The notes below the pieces were generated by a model, which saw only the letters and a list, made by a program, of their open reading frames with translations, was not told the DNA's origin and searched no databases. 64,000 nucleotides of DNA from an uncultured Anaerolinea sp. (lineage in GTDB: Bacteria; Chloroflexota; Anaerolineae; Anaerolineales; Anaerolineaceae), in the NCBI GenBank assembly GCA_964533735.1, contig CAZHMD010000013.1, positions 1,638 to 65,637 on the forward strand. Direction: 5' to 3'. Each line of letters opens with the position of its first letter. Position 1 is the stretch's first letter. Both the position numbers and the translations under genes were made by a program. This document shows, piece by piece, positions 56,050-64,000 of this stretch.

Positions 56050-56101
56050 CAGATCCTCACTTTAGCCCGTTCACAATTTGTGTGACAAGCCCATCCTTTA
56101 G

Positions 56102-57379
56102 TTAATTTACTGCGACAACCGCGCTGGATATTTGGCTGGGTCCTTCTTCAAGTGCCCGGATGGCGGGAACGAACAAGGCTGCTACCCCGATCAGCATCAC
56201 CAGTGCTCCTCCAAACCAGTACCAAACACGCAGTCCCAACAGTTCAGCCACGGGAGCCGCAACCAGCATGGAGAGCGGCATCATTGCCATACAGATACTG
56301 GTAGTTGCGCCCATCACACGCCCCTGCATTTCAGCCGGCACCCTGCTCTGCATGATGGCCTGCAGAGGACCATTTGCCATCGGGTTCATAAACCCCAGGA
56401 CTGCCATGGCGACCACACCCAGCCAGAACATATTTGCCGGAGAAACTCCGAAGAGAAAGACACCGAAACCCAGCCCGATGACACCGGAGAGGCTGGTGAC
56501 GATCTTGCTTTTAAACCCGCCCCAGATTCCAAGCAGCACCCCGCCGATGACCACGCCAATACCCATCACCGAATCCAGGATGCTCAGTTCCCATACGCCG
56601 GCTTTGAAGTGCTGGGTAACCATGAGCGGGCTTAATGTACCGGCAGGGGCAAGCAGGAAATTAAGCAGTGCCGCGATCAAGGTCAGGTAAATCAATCCCT
56701 TCCAGGTTTTCATGTAACGGAAACCTTCCGCCATATCCTTTAAGAGTGCTTTGGGTGTGATCATCTGACCCGCATCCGCGCGCACAGGTTGCGGAATGAG
56801 GATGAAGAGCAGCGGGGTGACTGCGATGATGGCGGTGATCACATCCACCGCGATGACCTGGTAGAACGGGAGGAGCGTCATCAACAACGCGCCTAAGGGC
56901 GGGGCGATGATCCCCAGGCTGCCGCGCAGTGCCTGGTTAATCCCTGCAACGCGGGAAAAATGTTTTTCCGGCACCATCAGGGAAGTGGAAGCCTGCATGG
57001 CTGGCCAATGGAAGATACCGCCAACGGAACGCAGGAACATGACCACAAAAATGTGCCAGGTTTCAGCCAGGTCCAGGGCAAAAAGCACAGCTAGTGCCAG
57101 GGTGATCACGGCAATACCCACATCCGCCACGATCATCACCTTGCGGCGGTTCCAGCGGTCCACCAGGGCGCCGGCAAAAGGGGATAGGAACACATCAGGC
57201 AGGACCGCCACCAGGGTAGCGGTGGCAAGCAGGGCAGCTGAGCCGGTTTTTTGTGTGATCCACCATACGAGGGCGAACTGTACCAGTCCGCTGCCCAGGA
57301 GGGAAAAGATCTGGGCGGACCAGATGGGGATGAACTTGCGCATCCAGTTGGATTCTGTTATTTTTTCTACGGTTTCCAT
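56102..57379 (-). CDS. MFS transporter (EntS/MFS_3-like exporter)
   Basis: 425 aa, 12 TM segments, with the ..GALVDRWNRRKVMI.. motif between TM2 and TM3. Confidence 0.8.
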   Translation of the reverse strand: METVEKITESNWMRKFIPIWSAQIFSLLGSGLVQFALVWWITQKTGSAALLATATLVAVLPDVFLSPFAGALVDRWNRRKVMIVADVGIAVITLALAVLFALDLAETWHIFVVMFLRSVGGIFHWPAMQASTSLMVPEKHFSRVAGINQALRGSLGIIAPPLGALLMTLLPFYQVIAVDVITAIIAVTPLLFILIPQPVRADAGQMITPKALLKDMAEGFRYMKTWKGLIYLTLIAALLNFLLAPAGTLSPLMVTQHFKAGVWELSILDSVMGIGVVIGGVLLGIWGGFKSKIVTSLSGVIGLGFGVFLFGVSPANMFWLGVVAMAVLGFMNPMANGPLQAIMQSRVPAEMQGRVMGATTSICMAMMPLSMLVAAPVAELLGLRVWYWFGGALVMLIGVAALFVPAIRALEEGPSQISSAVVAVN

Positions 57380-57464
57380 GATCTCTCCAAAAAAAGCAAT
57401 AGTTAATCACACCAACGCGTGAGTGTGCGCGTGAGCGGCTGATTTCAGTGAATGCAATTATCTG

Positions 57465-57863
57465 TTATTCGATGTAGACTTCTACGTGTTCCCCATCTTC
57501 ATCGTCGTAAATATCCATGATCTGACCGGTCTCACCGGCTGCCAGGGCTTCCGCCAGGCGGGCAGCATCCAGACCTTCCACTTCGGGAGAAAAGCGCATA
57601 CCCATGCGGATACCGGCATTTACCATTCCCAAAGGCAGGCGCACATTGACCCGTGTTTTTCCGCTGTCCGTGTCTGTAACGCGTACCCTGAAGAAGCGCC
57701 CGCCACCTTTGCCGGGGAACACGCCAGTGGTGGATTCTTCTGTTTGCGGTTTTCGGCTGCTGGAATCCAGTGCCTTTAGCAATTCAGCTGCCATTTCAGG
57801 AGTGATCTTGCCCTCCTGTACCATTTTGAGTACTTTCATGCGTTCTTCACTGCTGGCCATCAC
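57465..57863 (-). CDS. SHOCT-like / YvlB-LiaX N-terminal-like domain protein
   Basis: EERMKVLKMVQEGKITPEMAAELLKAL, followed by a Gly-rich linker and a beta-rich segment. Overlaps the upstream gene by 4 nt. Confidence 0.55.
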   Translation of the reverse strand: MMASSEERMKVLKMVQEGKITPEMAAELLKALDSSSRKPQTEESTTGVFPGKGGGRFFRVRVTDTDSGKTRVNVRLPLGMVNAGIRMGMRFSPEVEGLDAARLAEALAAGETGQIMDIYDDEDGEHVEVYIE

Positions 57864-58285
57864 TTCACCTCCGCCACAGAGCCGGGTTCGGAATATTTTT
57901 CACCCCGCAGCCGTGCCTGGGCTTCATCCCAGGTGATGGTCCCGTTGTCCAACTCCTCAAGGATGGTGCGCCGTTCCTCGGCGGATAATTGTGCAGGGCT
58001 TTCCTCTTTGCCTGGCTCGTATCCCAGGGCGCGCACAATTTCGTTCAACCTGCTGCGCAGGGTGGGATAGGAGAGTTTCATTTCGTCTTCCATGCGGTTT
58101 AAACGCCCCTCACATTTTACAAAAGTGAGCAGGAACTGCATCTGCTCAGGTGATAATTTGCCAAAAGGCGTGTGTTCCGCTGCGAAATGTCCTTCAATGG
58201 TGGTGTTGCAATTCACACAATAAAGGCGGGTGACTGCCAGATCTTCATCACAAACCGGGCACTTGCTGAGCGTTTTATTAACCAT
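57860..58285 (-). CDS. DUF2089-type zinc-ribbon / HTH protein
   Basis: KCPVCDEDLAVTRLYCVNCNTTIEGHF (CxxC..CxxC), then MQFLLTFVKCEGRLNRMEDEMKLSYPTLRSRLNEIV (HTH-like). The C-terminal TILEELDNGTITWDEAQARL is SHOCT-like. Confidence 0.65.
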   Translation of the reverse strand: MVNKTLSKCPVCDEDLAVTRLYCVNCNTTIEGHFAAEHTPFGKLSPEQMQFLLTFVKCEGRLNRMEDEMKLSYPTLRSRLNEIVRALGYEPGKEESPAQLSAEERRTILEELDNGTITWDEAQARLRGEKYSEPGSVAEVK

Positions 58286-58348
58286 AACAACCTCTTAAAG
58301 TAAATTCAAATCACTTTTGAATCTGATGATTTCCAATGATTTTAAAAT

Positions 58349-58388
58349 ATAATAGCATGATTATAAAAAAAGTCAATACATGTATTGA
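58349..58388 (-). promoter_or_regulatory. sigma70-like promoter TTGACT-16-TATTAT overlapped by the 16-bp perfect palindrome TCAATACATGTATTGA
   Basis: -35 at 58376-58371, -10 at 58354-58349 and palindrome at 58373-58388, all read directly from the sequence. Confidence 0.5.
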
Positions 58389-58439
58389 TAAAATTAAGAA
58401 AATTCTTAATTAATATAAAAATAATTTAACGAGGGGGAA

Positions 58440-58817
58440 TTATTCTATTTCTTTTCGTTCACCCAGGAGGAACCAGCACCCCTTTTGGTTGTCGACATCC
58501 TCAGGAGCACGATCGAAGTACAGTTCAAATAACCGGCCAGTGGAGGTCTTCACCCGGAAATGGAAGCGTCCGACTCCGCGGGATCCGAGGCGGCTGGCGC
58601 TGGCAAGGTGGGTTTGCGCCATATTTCGAGCCATGCGTCCGCGGCGTTTAAAATCAGACCACTCCTCCAACACTTCACTAATGGGGAAGTACTCGTCGCG
58701 CCAGGTGAAACCGTCAGGGCAGGGGGGCTTTTTCTCCAACACCGGGGGAGTTGAAAAATGGACCTCAATGGGTTCGCCGTAAAAATTGGCAGGGCTCGTT
58801 TGCATTATGTTATCCAT
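58440..58817 (-). CDS. hypothetical 125-aa protein
   Basis: ORF with ordinary composition downstream of the HD-GYP gene. I cannot assign a family with confidence. Confidence 0.4.
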   Translation of the reverse strand: MDNIMQTSPANFYGEPIEVHFSTPPVLEKKPPCPDGFTWRDEYFPISEVLEEWSDFKRRGRMARNMAQTHLASASRLGSRGVGRFHFRVKTSTGRLFELYFDRAPEDVDNQKGCWFLLGERKEIE

Positions 58818-58873
58818 ACCCAATCCAGGGACTTTACCAAGCTTCTTATCCTGGTAGTTGATTGTACCTATTT

Positions 58874-60049
58874 TTAACGCTGCAAGCGGCGGGGAGGATA
58901 ACTTAAAACCAGGCGCGACCTGTCCTTGGTCCTGGCTTCAGGGATTTGCAGCAGGTTCAGGAATTCATCCACGATCTGGGGATCAAAACTGCGCCCTTTT
59001 TCGGTACGTAAATATTCAACGACCTGGGTTTCCGGGATGGCTGCACGGTAGCTTCTCTTGGAACGCATGGCGTCCCACACATCCACCACCGAGAAGATGC
59101 GTGCCTCGATGGGGATGGCATCTCCCTGGATTCCGCGGGGATACCCTGTTCCATCCCATTTTTCATGATGGCAGTAAGGGATATCCGCTGCTGGTGAGAG
59201 GTAGGAAATCGGCTTTATCAGGTCGCGCGCATACACCGGATGGTTCTGCATGACGCGTTTTTCAGCATCAGTAAGCGGACCCGGTTTGCACAGGATGGAA
59301 TCCGGGATGCCCATTTTTCCGATATCGTGTAATAGAACGCCGCGGCGGAAATGGTCCATGCGTTCAGCGGGAAGGCGCATCCTCCTTGCCAGCTGCATGG
59401 TCAGATCCACCACCCTGACGGAATGACCTTCGGTTTCCTGGTTGCGCAGTTCCAGGGCTTGCGCCCAGCCGGCGATGGTGCTGTCGTAAGCGTTCACGAT
59501 CTGGCCAATTATTTTGTCAATGAGCACAGAAACGCGCCACGAGATGAGCGCAAGGAGTACAACACAAATGACTGAAAAGATGGGGAAGGGTGTTTGGGAG
59601 AATTTAAGCGTGAATACCAGCAGGAACATGGGGATGACGATGAGAATCACACCCAGCGAACGCCGTCCATCTGTAATAAAGCTTGAAACACAAACAGGAA
59701 TTGCCAGGTAGAGGAGGATCTGATCCGGGTTTTCAAAAGGATAGGCTGTGAAACACAGGTAAGAGGAAATGAAGATGAAAATTTCACCGGCAAGGTCGCC
59801 CTTGTTTTTATCATTCAGGAAACTGGTGATCACCAATCCGAGGATGCACGTAATGTTGTTGAGGGCATAAAATGCATTCCATGTGCCCGGTTCTCCGATC
59901 CACTTTGCCAGCAAAAACGGCAGGAGGATAAGCAGCACGAAAATGGTGAACCATATGGCATAGCGCAGGGTAACCTGGTGACGGTCAGCACGGGTGAACG
60001 TTTCATTAAGATCAAATCGCGAACTTAAATTTCTGAGCCACGGATGCAT
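58874..60049 (-). CDS. membrane-anchored HD-GYP domain c-di-GMP phosphodiesterase
   Basis: About 5 N-terminal TM segments, then LLHDIGK and HHEKWDGTGYPRG. Start set at the ATG at 60049 after an AAGGAG SD (the ORF-track TTG at 60097 is less likely). Confidence 0.85.
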   Translation of the reverse strand: MHPWLRNLSSRFDLNETFTRADRHQVTLRYAIWFTIFVLLILLPFLLAKWIGEPGTWNAFYALNNITCILGLVITSFLNDKNKGDLAGEIFIFISSYLCFTAYPFENPDQILLYLAIPVCVSSFITDGRRSLGVILIVIPMFLLVFTLKFSQTPFPIFSVICVVLLALISWRVSVLIDKIIGQIVNAYDSTIAGWAQALELRNQETEGHSVRVVDLTMQLARRMRLPAERMDHFRRGVLLHDIGKMGIPDSILCKPGPLTDAEKRVMQNHPVYARDLIKPISYLSPAADIPYCHHEKWDGTGYPRGIQGDAIPIEARIFSVVDVWDAMRSKRSYRAAIPETQVVEYLRTEKGRSFDPQIVDEFLNLLQIPEARTKDRSRLVLSYPPRRLQR

Positions 60050-60180
60050 ACCCGCTCCTTGTGAGGATGGTATTTTCCCCCGGGTTAACAATTGCAACGC
60101 AGGGTTGTAGGGAAGTATCCCTCAACAGGAATTAATTACAAGATTTGTGCCAATTTTATTAGTTGCGGAGGAGGTCTGGT

Positions 60181-61080
60181 TTAATCCACCCAGTCGTGGG
60201 GTTCCACGTGAACGTAGGCACGGTCCACGCCGGGGAATTCCTCCAGGCGTTGAATCACCTGATCCGATATCTGGTGTACCTCAATCAGGGACTTGTTGCC
60301 GTCCACATTGATGTGGAGGTCGATCATCAGGCGTGGTCCAACATAGTCCGTCATAATGTGATGCACCCGCAGCACCCCGGGAACTTTTTCTACGGCGCTC
60401 ACGAATTCCTGCACTTCTTCTGGTGCGGCTCCCCTGCCGGTGAGAAAACCGAGGTTTTCACGCCCGGCCATGAATGCCTGGCGAAAAATCCAGATAGCAA
60501 CAAGGAAACCTGCCACCGGATCGGCCAGGGGATGGATAAAGTTGGATCCGATCACGCCCAGGAAAGCTGCCATGGAAGTGAGCACATCACTTAGGTTATC
60601 GCGGGCGGTGGTTTTGAGCGTGGGGCTGAGCAGTTTCCTTGCGATACGGGCAATGGCATTATACATGCCAGCCTTCATAAGAGCGCTGACAAGCAGAACA
60701 CCGGTCGGCAGGTCGAGTGCGATAACCTCACCTCCGGCAGCATAGCGCATGTAGGAATTACGCGCGGCTTCAAAACCGGCAAATGCCATCGAAAGAGTCA
60801 CGAGCATCCCCACCAGCGGTTCAAAGCGCGCGTGACCCTGGGGGTGCGAAAGGTCCGGCGGCTGCATCGCCACAAAGAGACCCAGCACCATCAATAATGA
60901 ATAAACTACATCCGATATGGAATTCGCGGCGTCCGAGTAAACCGCCGCGCTCCCTGAGACGGCTGCCACCACTCCCTTGGCGGCTGCCAACAGCAGGTTG
61001 CCCCCCAGCGTGATGACCAGCGCCTGACGATATAGTTTTGTCTGATCAGTTTGCGGATGAAAATCCCTTACCCAACGCAT
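60181..61080 (-). CDS. cation diffusion facilitator (CDF) family transporter
   Basis: Six TM segments with SDAANSISD and ..DNLSDVLTS.. metal-site helices, plus a C-terminal cytoplasmic domain (VHHIMTDYVGPRLMIDLHINVD). Confidence 0.8.
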   Translation of the reverse strand: MRWVRDFHPQTDQTKLYRQALVITLGGNLLLAAAKGVVAAVSGSAAVYSDAANSISDVVYSLLMVLGLFVAMQPPDLSHPQGHARFEPLVGMLVTLSMAFAGFEAARNSYMRYAAGGEVIALDLPTGVLLVSALMKAGMYNAIARIARKLLSPTLKTTARDNLSDVLTSMAAFLGVIGSNFIHPLADPVAGFLVAIWIFRQAFMAGRENLGFLTGRGAAPEEVQEFVSAVEKVPGVLRVHHIMTDYVGPRLMIDLHINVDGNKSLIEVHQISDQVIQRLEEFPGVDRAYVHVEPHDWVD

Positions 61081-61249
61081 GCGTTTTCCTCTGTAGGTAA
61101 CAAAAAACCTCCCGGTACCCTCTCCCTTTTTGGAGTGAGCGCACCTTTGAGGTTTCTAATTCAGGTTGCCAGGCTGAGTGCTCCGTCTGACAATTCCATT
61201 TTATCACAATGCGTTTTACTTTTTTCTGATTATGTTACACTAATCGCAG

Positions 61250-62182
61250 ATGAAACGAATCCTGTTGATCCTGGTTCTCATGACGCTGGTGATCACCTCC
61301 GGCTTCACTTTTCAGGAACAAAACCCTGTACACATTACGCGCATGGAAATTGACATCTGGCCGGAGTACGACCGCACCCAGGTGCTCGTCATCTATCGCG
61401 TGCAGCTTTCCAGGGACACACCCCTGCCGGTAAGTTTTAGCATTCGCATCCCCAGGGAGGCAGGCAACCCGTTCAAGGTGGCCATGCGCGACCTGGACGG
61501 GGTGCTCTATAACGTGGAGTATTCGATAGAACCAGCGGGGAGTTGGAACCAGATCGTGTTGACCACCTCCAGCGAAGAGCTTTATATCGAATATTATGAC
61601 CCCAGCCTGGTTAAAACAGAAAACGACCGCGAATACGCCATATCCTGGTTCAGTGATTATCCGATCGATAAACTGGTGGTCAAGGTGCAGCAGCCGCGCA
61701 ACTCTGAAAATTTGTGGATTTCCCCTTCAATGGGGACGGGGGAACTGAATCCAAATGACGACCTGGTTTATTTTACTGGTGATTTTGGGGCTTTATCCAC
61801 CGGGCTTTCTTTCAATATGGCCCTGGCATATACCCGGACGAGTTCAGAATTAAGCGCTTCAAACTTACCCGTAACTGCCGCCACGCCTGTTCAATCCAAC
61901 ACCAATATGGGAAATACTGTGGCAAAAGTGATGAACCAGGTGATCGAGAACAAGGGGCTGGTAACCGCCGGCATATTGATCCTTAGCGGTATGGTTCTCA
62001 TGCTCCTGGTGAGTTTCTTTGCCGGGCAGTGGACGAATCCTGTGTCACGATGGATTAATGGGCTGATGGGTAAGAAAAAACCCGAAGTGGAATCGGGGAT
62101 CATCGTGAAGTATTGCCCGCATTGTGGCAAGAAGACTTACCCCGGTGACCGCTACTGCCGGGGGTGCGGGAATACCATTTAA
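61250..62182 (+). CDS. type-I membrane protein with a C-terminal cytoplasmic zinc ribbon, function unknown
   Basis: Signal peptide, a ~220-aa extracytoplasmic domain, one TM segment, then KYCPHCGKKTYPGDRYCRGCGNTI. Confidence 0.5.
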   Translation: MKRILLILVLMTLVITSGFTFQEQNPVHITRMEIDIWPEYDRTQVLVIYRVQLSRDTPLPVSFSIRIPREAGNPFKVAMRDLDGVLYNVEYSIEPAGSWNQIVLTTSSEELYIEYYDPSLVKTENDREYAISWFSDYPIDKLVVKVQQPRNSENLWISPSMGTGELNPNDDLVYFTGDFGALSTGLSFNMALAYTRTSSELSASNLPVTAATPVQSNTNMGNTVAKVMNQVIENKGLVTAGILILSGMVLMLLVSFFAGQWTNPVSRWINGLMGKKKPEVESGIIVKYCPHCGKKTYPGDRYCRGCGNTI

Positions 62183-62203
62183 TTCAACCCACTGGAATTA
62201 ACA

Positions 62204-63166
62204 TCAATTGCAACCCCCATGCCCATCCTGGCAGGGGGTTTTTTCAAATTGAATGGTCGTGTGCTGAATATTAAAATCACGATCAAGCAGCCCGCGGATC
62301 TGATCCAGGGCAATTTCAGGGTCTGCCGGCTGGGATGTCACCAGCGTTACGTGCGCGCTGAGCGCCACCGAGTCTGAGGAAAGGTTCCAGATGTGCAGGT
62401 CATGCACCTGCGAAACCAGGGGCAGGGTCCGCAGGCGCGCGTTGATCTCTTTAACGGATAAGCCCTCCGGAACACCCTCCAATAATATGTGCAGGGCACT
62501 GCGCAGCAATCTTATTGCGCTGATGACGATGACGATGCCGATCAGAATGGAAATAAGGGGGTCAAGCCAGTTAGCCCCAGTGAAGCGAATGAGGATCGCG
62601 GCGATAATGACCCCGACGGAAGAGATGGCATCGCCAAGTACATGCAGGAAGGCTCCATGGACGTTGAGATTCCGGCGCGGAGCGGGGGTCTCGTGTGCAT
62701 GCTCATGTTCCAATCCATCAGCATGATCGTGCTGATGGGAATTGATGCCTGCGGGATGACCGCCAAGGATAAAGGCAACCACCAGGTTCACCACCAAACC
62801 GATAATGGCGATGACCAGCATTTCAGAACTGCGGATCTCCAACGGGTCGAGAATGCGTTTGTAAGCTTCCACCCAGATCCCGACAGCAATTATTACCAGC
62901 GATGCGCCATTAATGAGGGCTGCCACCACTTCGGCGCGGTTCCAGCCGTAACTGTGCCGGTCATCCGGCGGGCGGGCTGCCAGGCGCATTGCCAAAAAAC
63001 TCAACACCAGCGCGAAGATATCCATGAATACATGAGCGGCATCTGAAAGCAGCGCCAGCGAACCTGAAATCAGGCCGCCAATGACCTCCACAATGAGGAT
63101 GACACTGGTGAGCAGGATGGATAGGATAAACTTTTTTTGTAAGTCAGGATTGACCTTGGATTGCAT
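62204..63166 (-). CDS. czcD: CDF family Zn/Co/Cd efflux transporter, CzcD-like
   Basis: LALLSDAAHVFMDI, HVLGDAISSVGVI and a His-rich loop HQHDHADGLEHEHAHE. Confidence 0.8.
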   Translation of the reverse strand: MQSKVNPDLQKKFILSILLTSVILIVEVIGGLISGSLALLSDAAHVFMDIFALVLSFLAMRLAARPPDDRHSYGWNRAEVVAALINGASLVIIAVGIWVEAYKRILDPLEIRSSEMLVIAIIGLVVNLVVAFILGGHPAGINSHQHDHADGLEHEHAHETPAPRRNLNVHGAFLHVLGDAISSVGVIIAAILIRFTGANWLDPLISILIGIVIVISAIRLLRSALHILLEGVPEGLSVKEINARLRTLPLVSQVHDLHIWNLSSDSVALSAHVTLVTSQPADPEIALDQIRGLLDRDFNIQHTTIQFEKTPCQDGHGGCN

Positions 63167-63189
63167 TTGTGTTCCTTGGGAGCGTTGGA

Positions 63190-63963
63190 TTAATCGATTT
63201 CGAGTTCTGCAACCGAATTGAGAATAAACGACGGGCGGTAGGGGAAGAGGTTAACATCCTCTCTGGTGGACACACCGCTAAGCACCAGGATGGTCTCCAG
63301 CCCGCTCATTACGCCGGCCACAATGTCTGTGTCCATGCGGTCACCGATCATCACGGTGTTTTCGGAGTGTACTCCCAGGTAGCGCAGGGCGCTGCGGATC
63401 ATCAGCGGGTTGGGTTTTCCGACAAAGAAGGGGGCTTTACCCGTGGCTTTTTCGATCAGGGCTGCCAGCGCACCCGTGGCCGGCACGATACCTGTTTCCA
63501 GCGGCCCCGTTGAATCAGGATTGGTGGCGATGAACATGGCGCCGTCATTGATCAAGCGGATTGCCTTGGTGATCATCTCGAAGTTATAGTTGTTGACCTC
63601 GCCCAACACCACGTAATCAGGCTTCATGTCAGTTTGCACATAGCCTACTTCATGCATTGCCTGGGTCAGTCCGCTTTCACCGATCACAAAAGCCTTGCCA
63701 TTGGGGGTTTGGTTCTGCAAGAAGCGCGCTGTGGCAATGGCGGAGGTGAAGATATTCTCCGCCGGCACCTTGAGACCGATGGTATTCAGCCGGTGCTCCA
63801 GGTCGCGCTGCGTATACAGCGGGTTATTGGTGAGAATGAGGAATTTGATCTTGCGGACGAGTAAACGCTCGATAAATTCGGGAGCTCCAGCAATGGGAGT
63901 TTTTCCTTTAACCAGCACGCCGTCCATGTCGATCAGGTAATTTTTAGCTGTCATTTTTTCCAT
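63190..63963 (-). CDS. HAD-IIA family hydrolase (NagD-like sugar phosphatase)
   Basis: YLIDMDGVL (DxDG), LTNN, GKP and GDRMDTDI motifs. Lies 23 nt upstream of czcD on the same strand. Confidence 0.8.
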   Translation of the reverse strand: MEKMTAKNYLIDMDGVLVKGKTPIAGAPEFIERLLVRKIKFLILTNNPLYTQRDLEHRLNTIGLKVPAENIFTSAIATARFLQNQTPNGKAFVIGESGLTQAMHEVGYVQTDMKPDYVVLGEVNNYNFEMITKAIRLINDGAMFIATNPDSTGPLETGIVPATGALAALIEKATGKAPFFVGKPNPLMIRSALRYLGVHSENTVMIGDRMDTDIVAGVMSGLETILVLSGVSTREDVNLFPYRPSFILNSVAELEID

Positions 63964-64000
63964 ATGCCATTGATTTTAGCACGATTGCATAAAAACCTGC

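Noticed and set aside
1-64000. Mobile elements, prophage, integrons, toxin-antitoxin pairs, restriction-modification or other defence islands.
   Set aside because: I found no transposase, integrase, recombinase, reverse transcriptase, phage structural, methylase/endonuclease or typical small TA gene pairs. I also noticed no long direct or inverted terminal repeats by eye. A computational repeat search would be needed to exclude short ones.

Overview
This window reads as a gene-dense stretch of core bacterial chromosome. Gene content suggests Chloroflexota, possibly Anaerolineae-like, but that is my inference and I could not check it. Coding regions are moderately GC-rich and intergenic spacers are short and AT-rich. 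I found no rRNA, tRNA, CRISPR array, transposase, integrase or phage genes.

Recognisable content:
- Carbohydrate and envelope: partial glgP, a GH1 beta-glucosidase, DegV, tatC-tatA followed by a run of secreted proteins and lipoproteins, a DUF348/G5/3D muralytic protein next to rsmA, and an L,D-transpeptidase.
- Signalling and regulation: a GGDEF cyclase, an HD-GYP phosphodiesterase, two large MalT/LAL-type STAND-LuxR regulators and a small LuxR protein.
- Transport: a peptide-type ABC binding protein with only one permease, a MacAB-like efflux operon, a complete livJHMGF operon, a YfcC-family carrier, an MFS exporter and two CDF metal exporters.
- Other: a bacterial Elp3 (radical-SAM/GNAT) placed head-to-head with a Trm9-like methyltransferase, gmk, a rhomboid protease, M20 and M32 peptidases, a 2-hydroxyacid dehydrogenase and a HAD-IIA hydrolase.

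No classical defence or mobile island stands out. The candidates I think most worth a second look are:
1. The Elp3/Trm9-like pair, which shares one palindromic -10 box and looks leaderless on both strands.
2. A tightly coupled Roadblock-V4R-Ppm1-Mesh1 operon.
3. Two paralogous NBR1-Ig lipoproteins and a secreted protein with three tandem repeats.
4. A structured, terminator-ended leader upstream of the liv operon.
5. A DUF2089/SHOCT pair with a 16-bp palindrome over its -35 box.
6. A roughly 400-bp ORF-free, AT-rich spacer carrying repeated TTGCCAA/TTGGCAA motifs.

All functional calls come from motif recognition by eye. No database search was run.
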